A stretch of 64,000 nt of DNA. Source: Thermoplasmatota archaeon. GTDB taxonomy: Archaea; Thermoplasmatota; E2; JACPAO01; JAHFTW01. Location: NCBI GenBank assembly GCA_035526765.1, contig DATLBS010000014.1, forward strand, positions 15,612 to 79,611, given 5' to 3'. The notes under the pieces were generated by a model. The model was not told the origin of the DNA. It saw only the letters and a list, made by a program, of their open reading frames with translations, and searched no databases. The stretch's first letter is position 1. The number at the start of each line of letters is the position of its first letter. Both the position numbers and the translations under genes were made by a program. Below are positions 29,108-39,700 of this stretch, piece by piece.

Positions 29108-30298
29108 GTGAAGGTGGGGCTCGTCGGCAAGCCCAACGTCGGCAAATCCACGTTCTTCGCGGCGGCCACGCTGGCGGAAGCCGCGATCGGCAACTACCCG
29201 TTCACCACCATCCAGCCCAACCACGGCGTGGCTTACGTGCGGGTCCCCGACCCTGGCCCCGCCATGAAGGTGGTGAGCACGCCGCGCCACGGCCGCGTCG
29301 CCGGGGGGACGCGCTACGTCCCGGTGGAGGTGGTGGACGTCGCCGGCCTGGTGCCCGGGGCGCACGAGGGCCGCGGGCTGGGCAACAAGTTCCTCGCCGA
29401 CCTCGCGCAGGCCGACGTCCTCGTCCACGTCGTCGATGCCTCAGGCGGCACGGACCCCGAGGGCAACGTCCTGCCGCAGCGCGGCCACGACCCCGCCAAG
29501 GACCTCGCGTTCCTTCCGGACGAGATGGACTGGTGGATCGAGGGCCTGCTGGCCGACGGGTGGGACCGCGTGGCCAAGCGCACCCAGATGGAGGGCCGCA
29601 AGGTGGAGGCCGCCATCGCGGAGAAGCTGGGCGGCATCGGCGTCTCCGAGACCCTCGCCGCGCGCGGCCTGCGCGAGGCGGGACTTGCCGGAAAGAAGGC
29701 GGTCGAGCTCGAGGCCAACGGGCTCCTGGCCCTTGCAAAGGCCCTGCGGCGCGCCTCGAAGCCGATGGTGGTGGCCCTCAACAAGGCTGACCTCGCGGCG
29801 CCGGCCGAGCTGGTCCGCCTGGAGGCGGCCGCCGGGGTGCCGGCCGTCCGCACGAGCGCGCAGTCGGAGCTTGCCCTGCAGAAGGCCAGCCAGGCCGGCC
29901 TCGTGTCGTACCATGCGGGGGAGGGCTCGTTCGATGTCCGGGGCACGCTTTCGGCGCCGCAGCAGAAAGGCCTGGACTACATCCGCGACCATGTCCTCAA
30001 GCCCTTGGGGTCCACGGGGGTCGCGCAGGCGCTGGAGACGGCGGTGCTTGGGCTGCTGCACCGTATCCCGGTTTTCCCCGTCGAGGACGAGACGAAGCTG
30101 ACCGACAAGGAGGGCCGCGTCCTGCCGGATTGCCATCTCGTGCCGCCGGGGACGACAGCTCGCCAACTAGCCTACAAGGTGCACACCGACTTGGGGGAGC
30201 ACTTCATCCGGGCCATCGACTGCCGCACCCATCGGGCCATCGGGGCCGACCACGAGTTGAAGACTGGCGACATCGTGAAGATCTTCGCGAAGGCCTGA
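29108..30298 (+). CDS. Obg-family P-loop GTPase/ATPase, YchF/OLA1-like with C-terminal TGS domain
   Basis: N-terminal G1 GKPNVGKST, FTTIQPN, VVDVAGLV. C-terminal TGS-like ..TGDIVKIFAKA. Confidence 0.8.
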   Translation: MKVGLVGKPNVGKSTFFAAATLAEAAIGNYPFTTIQPNHGVAYVRVPDPGPAMKVVSTPRHGRVAGGTRYVPVEVVDVAGLVPGAHEGRGLGNKFLADLAQADVLVHVVDASGGTDPEGNVLPQRGHDPAKDLAFLPDEMDWWIEGLLADGWDRVAKRTQMEGRKVEAAIAEKLGGIGVSETLAARGLREAGLAGKKAVELEANGLLALAKALRRASKPMVVALNKADLAAPAELVRLEAAAGVPAVRTSAQSELALQKASQAGLVSYHAGEGSFDVRGTLSAPQQKGLDYIRDHVLKPLGSTGVAQALETAVLGLLHRIPVFPVEDETKLTDKEGRVLPDCHLVPPGTTARQLAYKVHTDLGEHFIRAIDCRTHRAIGADHELKTGDIVKIFAKA

Positions 30299-30484
30299 CC
30301 CTGCCTGTCCCGTACTTAAGCAAACGCCCCTCGCACTCGCCGTCCTTTTTGAAGGCCTTGCCCGGGGCCGCGGCGGACCCTTGCCACGCGCGCCATTTCC
30401 AGGAGAGAAACCGCGTTTCCAACACGTCACCTTGATGGCGTTTGGGGCCAAACCTTAATCCGGATGGGTCGTCCACGGGAGTGC

Positions 30485-30871
30485 ATGACCTCTCCCCTTG
30501 CTGCTTCCCGGCGCGTCAAGGACAACCGTTTCTTCCAGAACCGCGTCGAGATCGGACCCCCCAGCATCCCGACCCTCCCAGGCCAGGGCATCCAGAAGGG
30601 CGAGAAGACGGCCGCCCAGGTGGCCCTCGAGGAGGACGCCGAGATCCGCGGCTTCCTGCATGAGCAGGGCCCCGTGGCAGACGGGGTGCGCCGGGTCCTC
30701 CTGTCGATCCGGCAGAAGCGGCGCGAGCTGGGCAACGAGTGGGACGTCCGGGGCGCCGTGGCGCACTTCGTGCAGGCCTACGCCCACGCTGTCCCCAACG
30801 CCGACAAGGAGTACCTGCGCGGCATGAACCTCGCCCTCAAGGTCTACCTCAGCCAGAAGGAGGCCATCTGA
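30485..30871 (+). CDS. Hypothetical protein
   Basis: ORF with stop overlapping the next ATG (TGATG), so in an operon with 30871-31695. Confidence 0.4.
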   Translation: MTSPLAASRRVKDNRFFQNRVEIGPPSIPTLPGQGIQKGEKTAAQVALEEDAEIRGFLHEQGPVADGVRRVLLSIRQKRRELGNEWDVRGAVAHFVQAYAHAVPNADKEYLRGMNLALKVYLSQKEAI

Positions 30872-31695
30872 TGACCGCGAAGGCCACCGCCAAGTCCAAC
30901 GCGAAGCCCGCCCGCAAGGCCGACGCTTCGCATTCCGCCTCTGGCCATGCCGCGGCCCACGCCGCACCCGCCCACAAGGCGACGCATGCTCCCTCCCACC
31001 CCGCGAAGGCGCACAAGTCCGCCAGCAAGCAGCCCAAGGCCCCGGTCCACCACGCCGAGAAGGCGCACGCGAAGCCGTCCGCGCCAGCAAAAGCGCACAA
31101 GCCCGCAAAGCCCGCGAAGGCCCCCAAGCCGACCGAGACCGCCCAGAACATCCTCAAGCGCGCCAAGCCCGCCAAGGTGGAGGCCAACCATGACGCCGTC
31201 GCGCAGGTCAAGGTCAGGGGCAAGGCTCCCATCCTGGCCAAGGAGCTCCTGAAGCACGTGAAGCCCGCCGTGCCCAACATCACGCACGACCAGGCCGAGA
31301 AGCCCGTGCAGCACGCCAAGCACCTGCTGAAGCAGCTCGGGAAGCAGCAGTTCACGTTCAACCGCGCCTACTCGAAGGCCACCTTCGAGGAGCAGACCTT
31401 CATGGACTTCTTCGGCCCCGAGATCGAGGCCGAGCTGGAGTCCACCGCGACCATCTACAACGACCGCTTCGCCCGCTGGCCGTGCCAGTGCTGCGACGTC
31501 GTCATCCGCGTGCCCCGCCGCACCGAGGTCTTCCACGGCGACTACCACCTCGTCCACGACGACGTGCTGGGTCTCCTGGTCAACGGCGAGCGCTGGGTGC
31601 CCAACGCGGAGACCCCCATCGAGGTCAACCAGCCGGGCCGCATCCGCAACCCCTGGACAGGCGAGCTCGTGAAGCCGACGCGCCGCAGCGTTTGA
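30871..31695 (+). CDS. Protein with histone-H1-like Ala/Lys/His/Pro-rich N-terminal tail (AKAHK repeats) and C-terminal Cys cluster domain
   Basis: MTAKATAKSNAKPARKAD...AKAHKPAKPAKAPKP. C-terminal ..WPCQCCDVVIRVP... Confidence 0.55.
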   Translation: MTAKATAKSNAKPARKADASHSASGHAAAHAAPAHKATHAPSHPAKAHKSASKQPKAPVHHAEKAHAKPSAPAKAHKPAKPAKAPKPTETAQNILKRAKPAKVEANHDAVAQVKVRGKAPILAKELLKHVKPAVPNITHDQAEKPVQHAKHLLKQLGKQQFTFNRAYSKATFEEQTFMDFFGPEIEAELESTATIYNDRFARWPCQCCDVVIRVPRRTEVFHGDYHLVHDDVLGLLVNGERWVPNAETPIEVNQPGRIRNPWTGELVKPTRRSV

Positions 31696-32138
31696 ACGCT
31701 GTCACGCCCGCCACCATCCGCGCCCATGTCGAGGCCACCTGCCCCGGGACGAAGGTCTCGCAGGACGAGGGCAGCCTCTTCTTCATCCACGACCCGCGCC
31801 GCGACCTGCCGCCCAACAGGCAGGTCCCGTTCGCCACCCTCACGGTGAGCGACAAGTACGACCCGGGGTCCGACCTGGCGCGACGCGGCTACTTCCGCCT
31901 CAACATCGGGGTCCGACCGGGGACCTACCAGGCCCGCTTCGGCGCCCTCCCGCCGTTCCCCAAGGACGGCGGCATCGTGCCCGGCCACGACTACACCCGG
32001 GTGGACACCCTCCTGCCGCACCCTATCTACGCCGCCATGGGCTGGGTGTGCGTCGTGCAGCCCAGCCCCGCGACGTGGGAGCAGGCCAAGCCGATGCTGG
32101 CCGAAGCCTACGCCTTGGCCAACCAGCGGAACGCATGA
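31692..32138 (+). CDS. Hypothetical protein
   Basis: ORF only. Probable TTG start at 31692 avoids a long overlap with the upstream gene. Confidence 0.4.
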   Translation: MNAVTPATIRAHVEATCPGTKVSQDEGSLFFIHDPRRDLPPNRQVPFATLTVSDKYDPGSDLARRGYFRLNIGVRPGTYQARFGALPPFPKDGGIVPGHDYTRVDTLLPHPIYAAMGWVCVVQPSPATWEQAKPMLAEAYALANQRNA

Positions 32139-32647
32139 TCCTCCCCAAGGTGCGCGACCCCCGGTTCACCACGCTGCGCCGCGGCGGCACGCTCACCGAC
32201 CCGCACCACCACATGCTTGCCCTCTGGGCCGCCCAATGCGCGGAGCACGTGCTGCCCCGCTTCGAGCGCGACCAGCCGCAGGACCTGCGCCCCCGCGCGG
32301 CCATCGAGGCCGCCCGCGCCTGGACGCGCGGCGAACTGGGCATGATGCAGGCGCGTCAGCTCGCCTTCGGCGCCAATGCAGCCGCCAGCCCCCTCAAGGG
32401 CGCCGCCAGGTTTGCGGCGTATTCGGCGGGCCAGGCCGGCGCCGTGGGCCACGTCGCCGCCCACTATCTGGGCGCGGCAGCGTATGCCATCAAGGCGGCC
32501 GGCGTGGCCATGCCGCCGCCCGGGCGTGAGGAGGCGCAGCGCAAGGAGTGCGCGTGGCAGCGCAAGCGCATCCCGGCCGAGCTGCGGGACCTGGTGCTGG
32601 ACGACCAGCGGCTGCGCGATAAGCTGTGCTGGGGCGTGTTCCGCTAG
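32135..32647 (+). CDS. Hypothetical protein
   Basis: MILPKVRDPRFTTLRRGG.. start overlaps the previous stop. Confidence 0.4.
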   Translation: MILPKVRDPRFTTLRRGGTLTDPHHHMLALWAAQCAEHVLPRFERDQPQDLRPRAAIEAARAWTRGELGMMQARQLAFGANAAASPLKGAARFAAYSAGQAGAVGHVAAHYLGAAAYAIKAAGVAMPPPGREEAQRKECAWQRKRIPAELRDLVLDDQRLRDKLCWGVFR

Positions 32648-32888
32648 CGTTGGGGGCACGCCGCCGTGGAATGCCCTCCCTTCGCCTCCGCCCTCCACAC
32701 TCATATACCCCCCCTTCGTCGGCGAACCTGCGCCCAGGAAACTGGACGCACCGGAATGTGCCCCTGCTCCTCGGAGCGCGACGGTCCCATGGACACCAAC
32801 GTCGGCGGGTGAACCGGCCAACCGCGACCCGCAACGGAACCGGCCCCATCCGGGCCGATCCGCTGCATCGCACCATCAGGTGCACCAC

Positions 32889-33530
32889 ATGCCCAACGCG
32901 TACCACCACATCGGAGAGACGTGGAAGACCCACGACAAGACCCACGGCAGCGCCCAGTGGAACCGCCTCATCGCCTGGCGCGAGGGCGAGTCCTTCGAGC
33001 GCGTCGAGAAGCCCCTGCGCCTGGACCGCGCCCGCACGCTGGGCTACAAGGCCAAGCAGGGCGTCGTCGTCGTGCGCGCCCGCGTCCGCCGCGGTGGCCT
33101 GAACAAGGTCCGCCCCGTGCAGGGCCGTGTCCCCTCCAAGATGGGTGTCAACAAGATCACGATGCGCCAGAACATCCAGGCCATCGCCGAGGTCCGCACC
33201 GCGAAGCACTTCCCGAACCTCGAGGTCCTCAACTCGTACTGGATCGGCGAGGACGGCAAGAACCACTACTACGAGGTCATCCTGGTGGACCCCTTCCACC
33301 CCTCGATCCGCAGCGACAAGGACCTGGCCTGGATCGCCACCCGCCCCGCCACCAACCGTGTGCTGCGCGGCAAGACGTCGGCCGGCCAGAAGCACCGCGG
33401 CCTGCGCTACAAGGGCAAGGGCTCGGAGCACACGCGCCCGTCCGTGCGCCAGAGCGGCGTCCGCGCCAAGGACAAGCTGCTGTGGAAGAAGCAGGACCAG
33501 GCCGTCAAGAACCGCCTGAAGCGCGCGTAG
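32889..33530 (+). CDS. rpl15e: 50S ribosomal protein L15e
   Basis: ..WREGESFERVEKPLRLDRARTLGYKAKQGVVVVRARVRRGG.. is canonical L15e. The track's 384-aa N-terminal extension is rejected. Confidence 0.9.
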   Translation: MPNAYHHIGETWKTHDKTHGSAQWNRLIAWREGESFERVEKPLRLDRARTLGYKAKQGVVVVRARVRRGGLNKVRPVQGRVPSKMGVNKITMRQNIQAIAEVRTAKHFPNLEVLNSYWIGEDGKNHYYEVILVDPFHPSIRSDKDLAWIATRPATNRVLRGKTSAGQKHRGLRYKGKGSEHTRPSVRQSGVRAKDKLLWKKQDQAVKNRLKRA

Positions 33531-33540
33531 TCACGCAGCG

Positions 33541-33600
33541 ATCCCCTTTTCCTTTCCTTCTCTATTTCTTTTGGTTCTTCGAGACACAAGAGTCTCTGTC
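33541..33600 (+). terminator. Pyrimidine/T-rich tract plus short hairpin downstream of rpl15e (archaeal-style terminator)
   Basis: ATCCCCTTTTCCTTTCCTTCTCTATTTCTTTTGGTTCTTC, then GAGAC-ACAAGA-GTCTC. This is the only strongly T-rich stretch in the otherwise GC-rich surroundings. Confidence 0.4.
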
Positions 33601-33612
33601 CCGGTCAGGACG

Positions 33613-33860
33613 GCTCCGCGTTCGGTTCTGGGCCGATTCGGGGACTTCCTCCCGTGTGGCTGGCGGCGGGGGCGCGTTCGTGAAGCAAGATGGTTCCTAG
33701 TGGGCGGAGCCCACAGCCCCGTGACCACTCGGTGGGTTTCGGCGGGCGCGCTTCGCGCGCCCCAGGCCATTCGCTCGTGACAACAAGAACCCCAAACCGT
33801 GCTGGCCGTGCCACGCGCCGCCGTCGGAGAGGCGGTTGGACTGGAGCCTGCACCAACACG
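33613..33860. repeat. Mosaic intergenic repeat (degenerate GCTCCGCGTTC..GGCGGCGGGGGCG module, GGCGCGC-TTCG-CGCGCC hairpin, CAACAAGAACCCC, then GTGCTGGCCGTGCCACGCGCCGCCGTCGGAG..ACCAACACGCGATG module)
   Basis: Shares segments with 8914-9230 and 44822-44970. Confidence 0.5.
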
Positions 33861-33959
33861 CGATGGGTCGCTGCCGTTTCTGTGCCTTCAGCGGATGACC
33901 AGAAGCGGGATCCTTCGCATCTGGGGAATCTGTGGAACGGCAGGGGCCAAAAACCAGCC

Positions 33960-34373
33960 CTACTTGTCGACCAATTGTTCCTGCAGCGTGATGACCATCT
34001 CGGTCAGCAGGTCCTCGAAGACCGTGTTCTTGTATTCCTTGTCGGCGCCGCCCTCGGTCTGGGTGCGCGCGATGAAGAAGTGGCCGTCCTTGACAATCTC
34101 GATCTGGCACAGCGTGTCGCGGCCGGGGACCTTGACCAGGCCCTGCTTGGGGAGCATGGGGGCCGCCTCGCCGCCCTCCACCGGGACGCCAGGCTTGGGC
34201 ATCGGCTTGGCAGGCATCGCGCCCTTCGAGGGGGAGGCGGAGGGGGACGGCTTGGCGGAGGGGGCCTTGGGGGACGGCCTGGCCTGGGGGGGCGCGGGCT
34301 TGGCGGCCGGCTTCGGGGCGGCCTTGGGTGCGCTCTTCTTCGCAGGGGCGGCGGTCTTCTTCGCGGTGGCCAT
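33960..34373 (-). CDS. Hypothetical protein with Ala/Lys/Pro-rich N-terminal tail and conserved-looking C-terminal domain
   Basis: MATAKKTAAPAKKSAPKAAPKPAAKPAPP... C-terminal LCQIEIVKDGHFFIARTQ...VFEDLLTEMVITLQEQLVDK. Confidence 0.5.
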   Translation of the reverse strand: MATAKKTAAPAKKSAPKAAPKPAAKPAPPQARPSPKAPSAKPSPSASPSKGAMPAKPMPKPGVPVEGGEAAPMLPKQGLVKVPGRDTLCQIEIVKDGHFFIARTQTEGGADKEYKNTVFEDLLTEMVITLQEQLVDK

Positions 34374-34423
34374 GCGAAACCGTCACTGGGGATTCGTTTA
34401 AACCCTTCTCCCAACGGGAGGGG

Positions 34424-35155
34424 CTAGGCGCGGCGGGGACGCATGGGGCCCGGGCGCTTGTCCTTGTTGCGGGGCGCCGACTGGCCCTTGGGTGCGCCGC
34501 GGCGGCGGACCTTCGCCTTGTGCCCCGGCTTCGAGCCCTTGGGCGCGAGGTCGGCAAAGACGCGGCGGACGTTGCGGGCCAGCAGGAAGCCGCGGTGGAG
34601 GGTGCGGTTCTGGTCGGACTTGAGGGTCTTCACCACCAGGTTGATGCCCTGCACCTCCCGCACGTAGCCGACGTGGATCTCCTCCTCGGGCTCGGCCTCT
34701 TCCTGGAAGCTTCGGGTGAGGTCGCCCTCGTTGACGGTGTAGCGGAGGCGGACCGTGTCGAACAGGACGGCGTACACCATCTTGATGTCCCGGCCGGGCA
34801 GGCTCTTCGGGCGGCTGCCATCGCGTTTCTCGACGGCTGTGATGCGTACGCGGTGCCCCTCGACCTCGGTCTCGGCGTCCACCTGCACGGGGTCGTCCAG
34901 CGGGACCTCGATCTGCACGGTGCGGGCGGCGGCCCCCTCGCTGAGGATCACGGGAACCGTCACCATGCGCTGCTTGCGGGGAGCGGCCACGGTCTGCTTG
35001 GTGTGGCATTCCAGGCACTCGACGGTCCATCCAGACTCGGCGGCGCGCAGGACGGCATGGTCCTCGACGCGGCCGCACGTGGGGCACTCGAGGAAGACGG
35101 GCTCCTCGCCCTCCTCGATGTCCTCCGAGCCATCGTCCCAGCCGGTCTCGCCCAT
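34424..35155 (-). CDS. Zn-ribbon protein with acidic N-terminus and basic C-terminal tail
   Basis: CPTCG..(17)..CLEC. Downstream of the GYTLY gene and radA on the same strand. Confidence 0.5.
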   Translation of the reverse strand: MGETGWDDGSEDIEEGEEPVFLECPTCGRVEDHAVLRAAESGWTVECLECHTKQTVAAPRKQRMVTVPVILSEGAAARTVQIEVPLDDPVQVDAETEVEGHRVRITAVEKRDGSRPKSLPGRDIKMVYAVLFDTVRLRYTVNEGDLTRSFQEEAEPEEEIHVGYVREVQGINLVVKTLKSDQNRTLHRGFLLARNVRRVFADLAPKGSKPGHKAKVRRRGAPKGQSAPRNKDKRPGPMRPRRA

Positions 35156-35258
35156 GTGTCGTTCCACGCCCGCCCTGTGAAAAAGGCTTGTGCGCGACCC
35201 TCCAGACGAAGGTCGATGACGTTGCGTCGTGCCATTTGCGGCCGCCATGGCGACCTGG

Positions 35259-35444
35259 CTACAGTTTCTTCAGGTAAGGCAGGCCCGTGCGCTTGTTCTC
35301 GGCGAGCGCGTAGCCGGCGGGCATCTCGACGGGGATGCCGCTCTGGGGACGCCGCTGGCTGAAGAAGTAGATGACCTGCTTGTGGCCGCCCTTGAGCGCC
35401 ACCTCACGGGCGTGCAGGGTGTACCCGTTGTGCGTGAAGGCCAT
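35259..35444 (-). CDS. Stand-alone GYTLY-YFF-RTGLPYL module protein (roughly 61 aa)
   Basis: MAFTHNGYTLHAREVALKGGHKQVIYFFSQRRPQSGIPVEMPAGYALAENKRTGLPYLKKL. Confidence 0.5.
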   Translation of the reverse strand: MAFTHNGYTLHAREVALKGGHKQVIYFFSQRRPQSGIPVEMPAGYALAENKRTGLPYLKKL

Positions 35445-35579
35445 GAGAAGAAGAGGAAGGAAGGAAGAGAAAAGCTGGGAGGGTCCTGGTACGGCGAGCC
35501 CCCCGACCAAACAGGGATCACGGGGATTTCGGAGAGGGGAACCGGGTCGTTCCCGAAAATCCCTGTTTCATGGTGGGCG

Positions 35580-36629
35580 CTAGACCGCGTCTCGGATGCC
35601 GTCTTCCGTCACATTGACCACGGCCTCGCCCTCGGGCAGGTGCGGGGAGTCGACGAGACGGCAGATGCGCTTCCCGCCCTTCGACTTGCGGAGGTAGATG
35701 CGGAACGTGCTGGTGTGGCCCACGATGTGGCCGCCGATGGGGCGGGTGGGGTCGCCGAAGAAGGCATCCGGCTTGGCGGAGACCTGGTTCGTGACGATGA
35801 CGGCCGCGTTGTTGATGCCGCCCAGCCGCTGCAGGTCGTGCATGTGCCGGTTGAGCTTCTGCTGGCGGTCGGCCAGGGTGCCACGGCCCACGAACTCGGC
35901 GCGGAAGTGCGCGGTCAGGGAGTCGACCACGATGAGCTTGATGGGGAAGTCGCGGCAGATCTCCTGGGCGCGCTCGGCCAGCAGCATCTGGTGGTTGGAG
36001 TTGAAGGCGCGCGCGACATGGATCTTCTTCAGGGCTTCCTGGGGGTCCATGCCCATGGCGTTGGCCATCTGGGTGATGCGCTCGGGGCGGAACGTGTTCT
36101 CGGTGTCGATGTAGAGCGCGTGCCCGTTCAGGCCGCCTTCCGCCTCGGGGCGCTGCACGTTGACGGCCAGCTGCATGGCGAACTGGGTCTTGCAGGAGCC
36201 GAACTCGCCGTAGAACTCGGTGATGGACTGGGTCTCGATGCCGCCGCCCATCAGTTCGTCGAAGGCCTTGCTGCCGGTGCCGATCTTGTTGACGGTCTTG
36301 CGGCGCTCGGCCACTTCCAGGCCTGTCTCGAAGCCACCGACGTCGGCCAGCTTGCGGGCCGCGTTGATGATCTTCTGCGCCACGCCTTCGCCGATGTCGC
36401 ACTTCTCGGCGATGTCGCCAGGGGACGCGACGGCGATGGCCATGAGGTCCTCGTAGCCGGCCTCCTTCAGCTTGTCCGCCGTGGCAGGGCCGACGCCGGG
36501 GAGGTCCTCCACCGTCATGCGGATGTGGCCTTCCTTCTTCGGGTCCGCTCGCGCGGCGCTCAGCTCGTTGTCGAAGGTTGCGTCGTAGTCCTCTTCCATG
36601 GCAACCGGGGTTCCGTTCTTCTTGGCCAT
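35580..36629 (-). CDS. radA: DNA repair and recombination protein RadA
   Basis: N-terminal HhH ([23 protein letters not shown]). Walker [10 protein letters not shown], Walker [16 protein letters not shown]. Full RecA fold. Confidence 0.9.
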   Translation of the reverse strand: MAKKNGTPVAMEEDYDATFDNELSAARADPKKEGHIRMTVEDLPGVGPATADKLKEAGYEDLMAIAVASPGDIAEKCDIGEGVAQKIINAARKLADVGGFETGLEVAERRKTVNKIGTGSKAFDELMGGGIETQSITEFYGEFGSCKTQFAMQLAVNVQRPEAEGGLNGHALYIDTENTFRPERITQMANAMGMDPQEALKKIHVARAFNSNHQMLLAERAQEICRDFPIKLIVVDSLTAHFRAEFVGRGTLADRQQKLNRHMHDLQRLGGINNAAVIVTNQVSAKPDAFFGDPTRPIGGHIVGHTSTFRIYLRKSKGGKRICRLVDSPHLPEGEAVVNVTEDGIRDAV

Positions 36630-36766
36630 TCGTGGCACCAAGCCCACAAGGCCTGGCCCGCTAGTTAGGCAGGAGGGGCCGGACAGATGAAACTACTCGT
36701 CCGAGGGCTGGCTGGCGCGCGCTGGAGCTGGCCGCCAAGCCCTACCGCCGGCTTTCCTGCACGCGG

Positions 36767-39700
36767 CTACCGCTGGGACTCGTGCTCGCGGATGATCGCG
36801 TCGATGGCCTTGGGGTCGTAGCCGCGCGGCCTGGGAAGCGCCAACGACACGGGCCTGGCAGGGGCCTTCGCCTTGGCCGCCTTCGCCTTGGCGGGACGCG
36901 CCTTGGGGGGCGCATGCCCGGGCTTTCGCGCCTGCGCGGTCGCGGCCGGGGCTTCCCATGGCTCCGCGTCCGATTCCCCGGCCGCAACGCTGGTGTCCCG
37001 GGTTGCGGTCCCGAAGGCGTCCTGCGCGTCGGCGGCCCGCCCTGCCGGCTCCGAGGCCGGAGCGGACGCAGTCGCCTCACGTGCCTCGCGCGCCAACCGC
37101 TTCTCTTCCGCCAGGCGCATCTTCTCCGCCTGCTTCAGCTCGGCGGCGTGCCGCTTCGCAGCCTCCCGCTCCGCGGCCACCCTCTGCTTCTCGGCGGCGG
37201 CGCGTTCCCTCTCTTCGCGGGCACGGACCTGCGCGGCGGCCTTCTCCTCGGCGGCGCGCTGCTTTCCGGCCAACCGCTCCGCCAGAAGCCGCTCCTTCTC
37301 CGCCTGCCGGGCTGCCTTGGCGTCCCGCACGGGCGTCACGGCCTCCTGGAACTCGTGGATGGGGGCCTCGGCGGCCGCGGTCGCGGCAGGGGCGTCGTCC
37401 TCGCCGGCCGGCGCTGCGACCTCGCGGGCCGCCTTCTCCTGCTCGCGCCGCCGGCGCTCGTCCTCCTTGGCCTGCAGGGCCTGGGCCTTCGCCTGGGCAC
37501 GCGCCTCGATCTGGCGGGCCTTCTCGGCCTCCCGCTCGGCGGCCCCTCGCGCCTTCTCCTGCGCGGCGCGTTCCCGGGCCGCTTGGGCCTCCTGGCGCGC
37601 CCGCTCCTTGGCCTGCGCGACGCGCATCTTCTCGGTGGCCTTCTCCTCGGCCTCTCGGGCCCTGGCCGCCTCCTTCTCGGCGGCGGCGCGCTCCTTCTCC
37701 GCCTGCCGCTCGGCGGCCAAGCGCGCCTTCTCGGCCTCGGCCTGCTGCTGCGCACGGGCCTTCTCCTTCTCGGCCTTCAGCTTGGCAGCGGCTTCCGCCT
37801 TCTCCTCCCGTTCCCGCTGCTTGGCGATGCGCGCCTCCTCGCGCAGCCGCGCCTTCTCCTGCTTGGGATCGACCGGCCTGGGTTCGCGCTTCAGCAGCTT
37901 CCCCAATGAGAACCCGCCTTCCTTCGCGGGTCCCGCATCGGCCGTGGTCTCCTCCTTCTTGCCGCGCCTGCCTTTTGGGGCCTCGGCCAACTCAAGTGCA
38001 GGCTCCTCGGCCTGCCGTTTGGCGGCGAGTCTTGCCTCGCGGGCGGCGGCCTTCTCCTCCTCCTTGCGCTCGGCCGCGGCTTGCTTCTCCTCGGCGGCGC
38101 GTTGCTTGGCGACTTCCTTCGCACGGGCGGCCGCTTCCTTCTCGGCAGCCTTGCGGGCCTTCGCGTCCCCTTGCGGTGCCGACCCTTCGGTTGCGTCGGA
38201 GGTGCGCTTGAAACGGGAAAGGAACGACCCTGTGCGTTCCTCGGTGGCTGGCCCGGGGACCTCTTCGGCCTGTTTGCCTGCCCTGCCTTTCTTCGCGGGC
38301 AAGGACTCGATGGGTTCCGCCTCGCGGGGCTCCTCCTTGCGCTTGAGCCGGGACAAGAACGAGCCCTTGGGTTCCTCGTGGGCTGGTTCTACCGCCGGCG
38401 TGGGTTCGGCCTGTTTGCCTGCCGTGCCTTTCTTGGAGGGGGCTTCCTCGATGGCCGGCTCGGCGGTTGCCTCCTTGGGCTTCAGGCGTGACAGGAAGGA
38501 CCCCTTGGGCTCCCCTGGAGCGGGGTCCTGTTCGGCCGGGGGCTCCCGGGCTGCTGCCTTGCCCTTCTTCGCAGGCTTCTCCGGCGTGGCGGGCGCTTCC
38601 TCGGTCGCTTCTGCACCTACCTTGGCAGGCTTGCCGGCCTTCTTGGCGGCACGCTCGTCCTCGATGAGCTTCTGCTTCTCAACCTTCCGCAGCGCCGCTT
38701 CCTCGCGGGCTTTGCGCTGCGACTCCTTGCGGGCCTTGCGCTCCTCCTCCTTCTCGCGGCGCTGCTCCTCCCGCAGGGTGCGGCGGTCGGTGCCGGAGCC
38801 CAGGTCGACCTCGGGGGCAGCCTCGGTTGCGATGACCTCCTCCACGATGCGGAAGCCGGCGGACGTGGTGTACGCGCGCCCGGGCTGGTGGCCGAAGGCA
38901 TAGAGCCGCTCGGCGTCGGACTTCTCGTCCTCGGGCAGCTTCACGAAGGGGCTGCGGCCGTCGGCCAGGCGGGGGGCCTGGTGGCCCTTGCGCTCGTCCT
39001 CGGGCAGTTTGGCGAAGGCGCTGGACCCATCGGGCAGGCGGGGCTTCTCCCGCTCCAGGTGGTCCTCCGGCAGCTTGGCGAAGAGGCTGCTGCCATCGAT
39101 GAGGCGCGGCGGCGCCTTGGAGATCTCCTTCTTGGCCGGCTTGGAGGTGGCCTCCGCGAAGCCCTCCTTGCGGGCGACGATGGACTGCTCCCAGATGCCG
39201 CCCTCGCCGGTGGCCTGCGGGATCTTCTGCGCCACGGCCTCCGACCAGATGCCCTTCGGCTGGCTGCCCTCGCGCGCGGCGTCGCGGGCGCGGCGCTCCT
39301 CCTCTTTCTTGAGCCGGGCATCTTCCTTGGCCTTCTCCTTCTCTTCTTCGGAGCGGCGCTTGGCCTCCGCGGCCTCGGCCTTCGCCCTGGCCTTCAGGTC
39401 CGCCTTCGTCGGCTCGGCCGAGGCAGCAACGGCGGGAGCGTCCTTGGCGTCCTTCGCCGCCTGTTTCTCGGCCAGCATGCGTTCCTTCTCCGCCTTCCTG
39501 GCGGCCTTGGCATCCAGGGGGGCGTCGACCGCGGCAGGGGCGGGCGCAGGGGGTTCCTTGCCGGACTTCGCAGCCTTCTTGGCTTCCTTGGCGGCCAGTC
39601 TCTCGGCCTTGGCGCGTTCCTTCTCCGCCACCTTGGCCTGCTTCGCAGCCAGCTTCGCGGCCTTGGCTTGTTCCTTCTGGGCGAGCTTCTCGGCCTTGGC

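Noticed and set aside
32376-33530. 384-aa version of the L15e ORF with a 171-aa N-terminal extension
   Set aside because: The extension is Pro/Arg/Ser-rich and overlaps the upstream gene. Canonical L15e begins at MPNAYHHIGETWK (32889).
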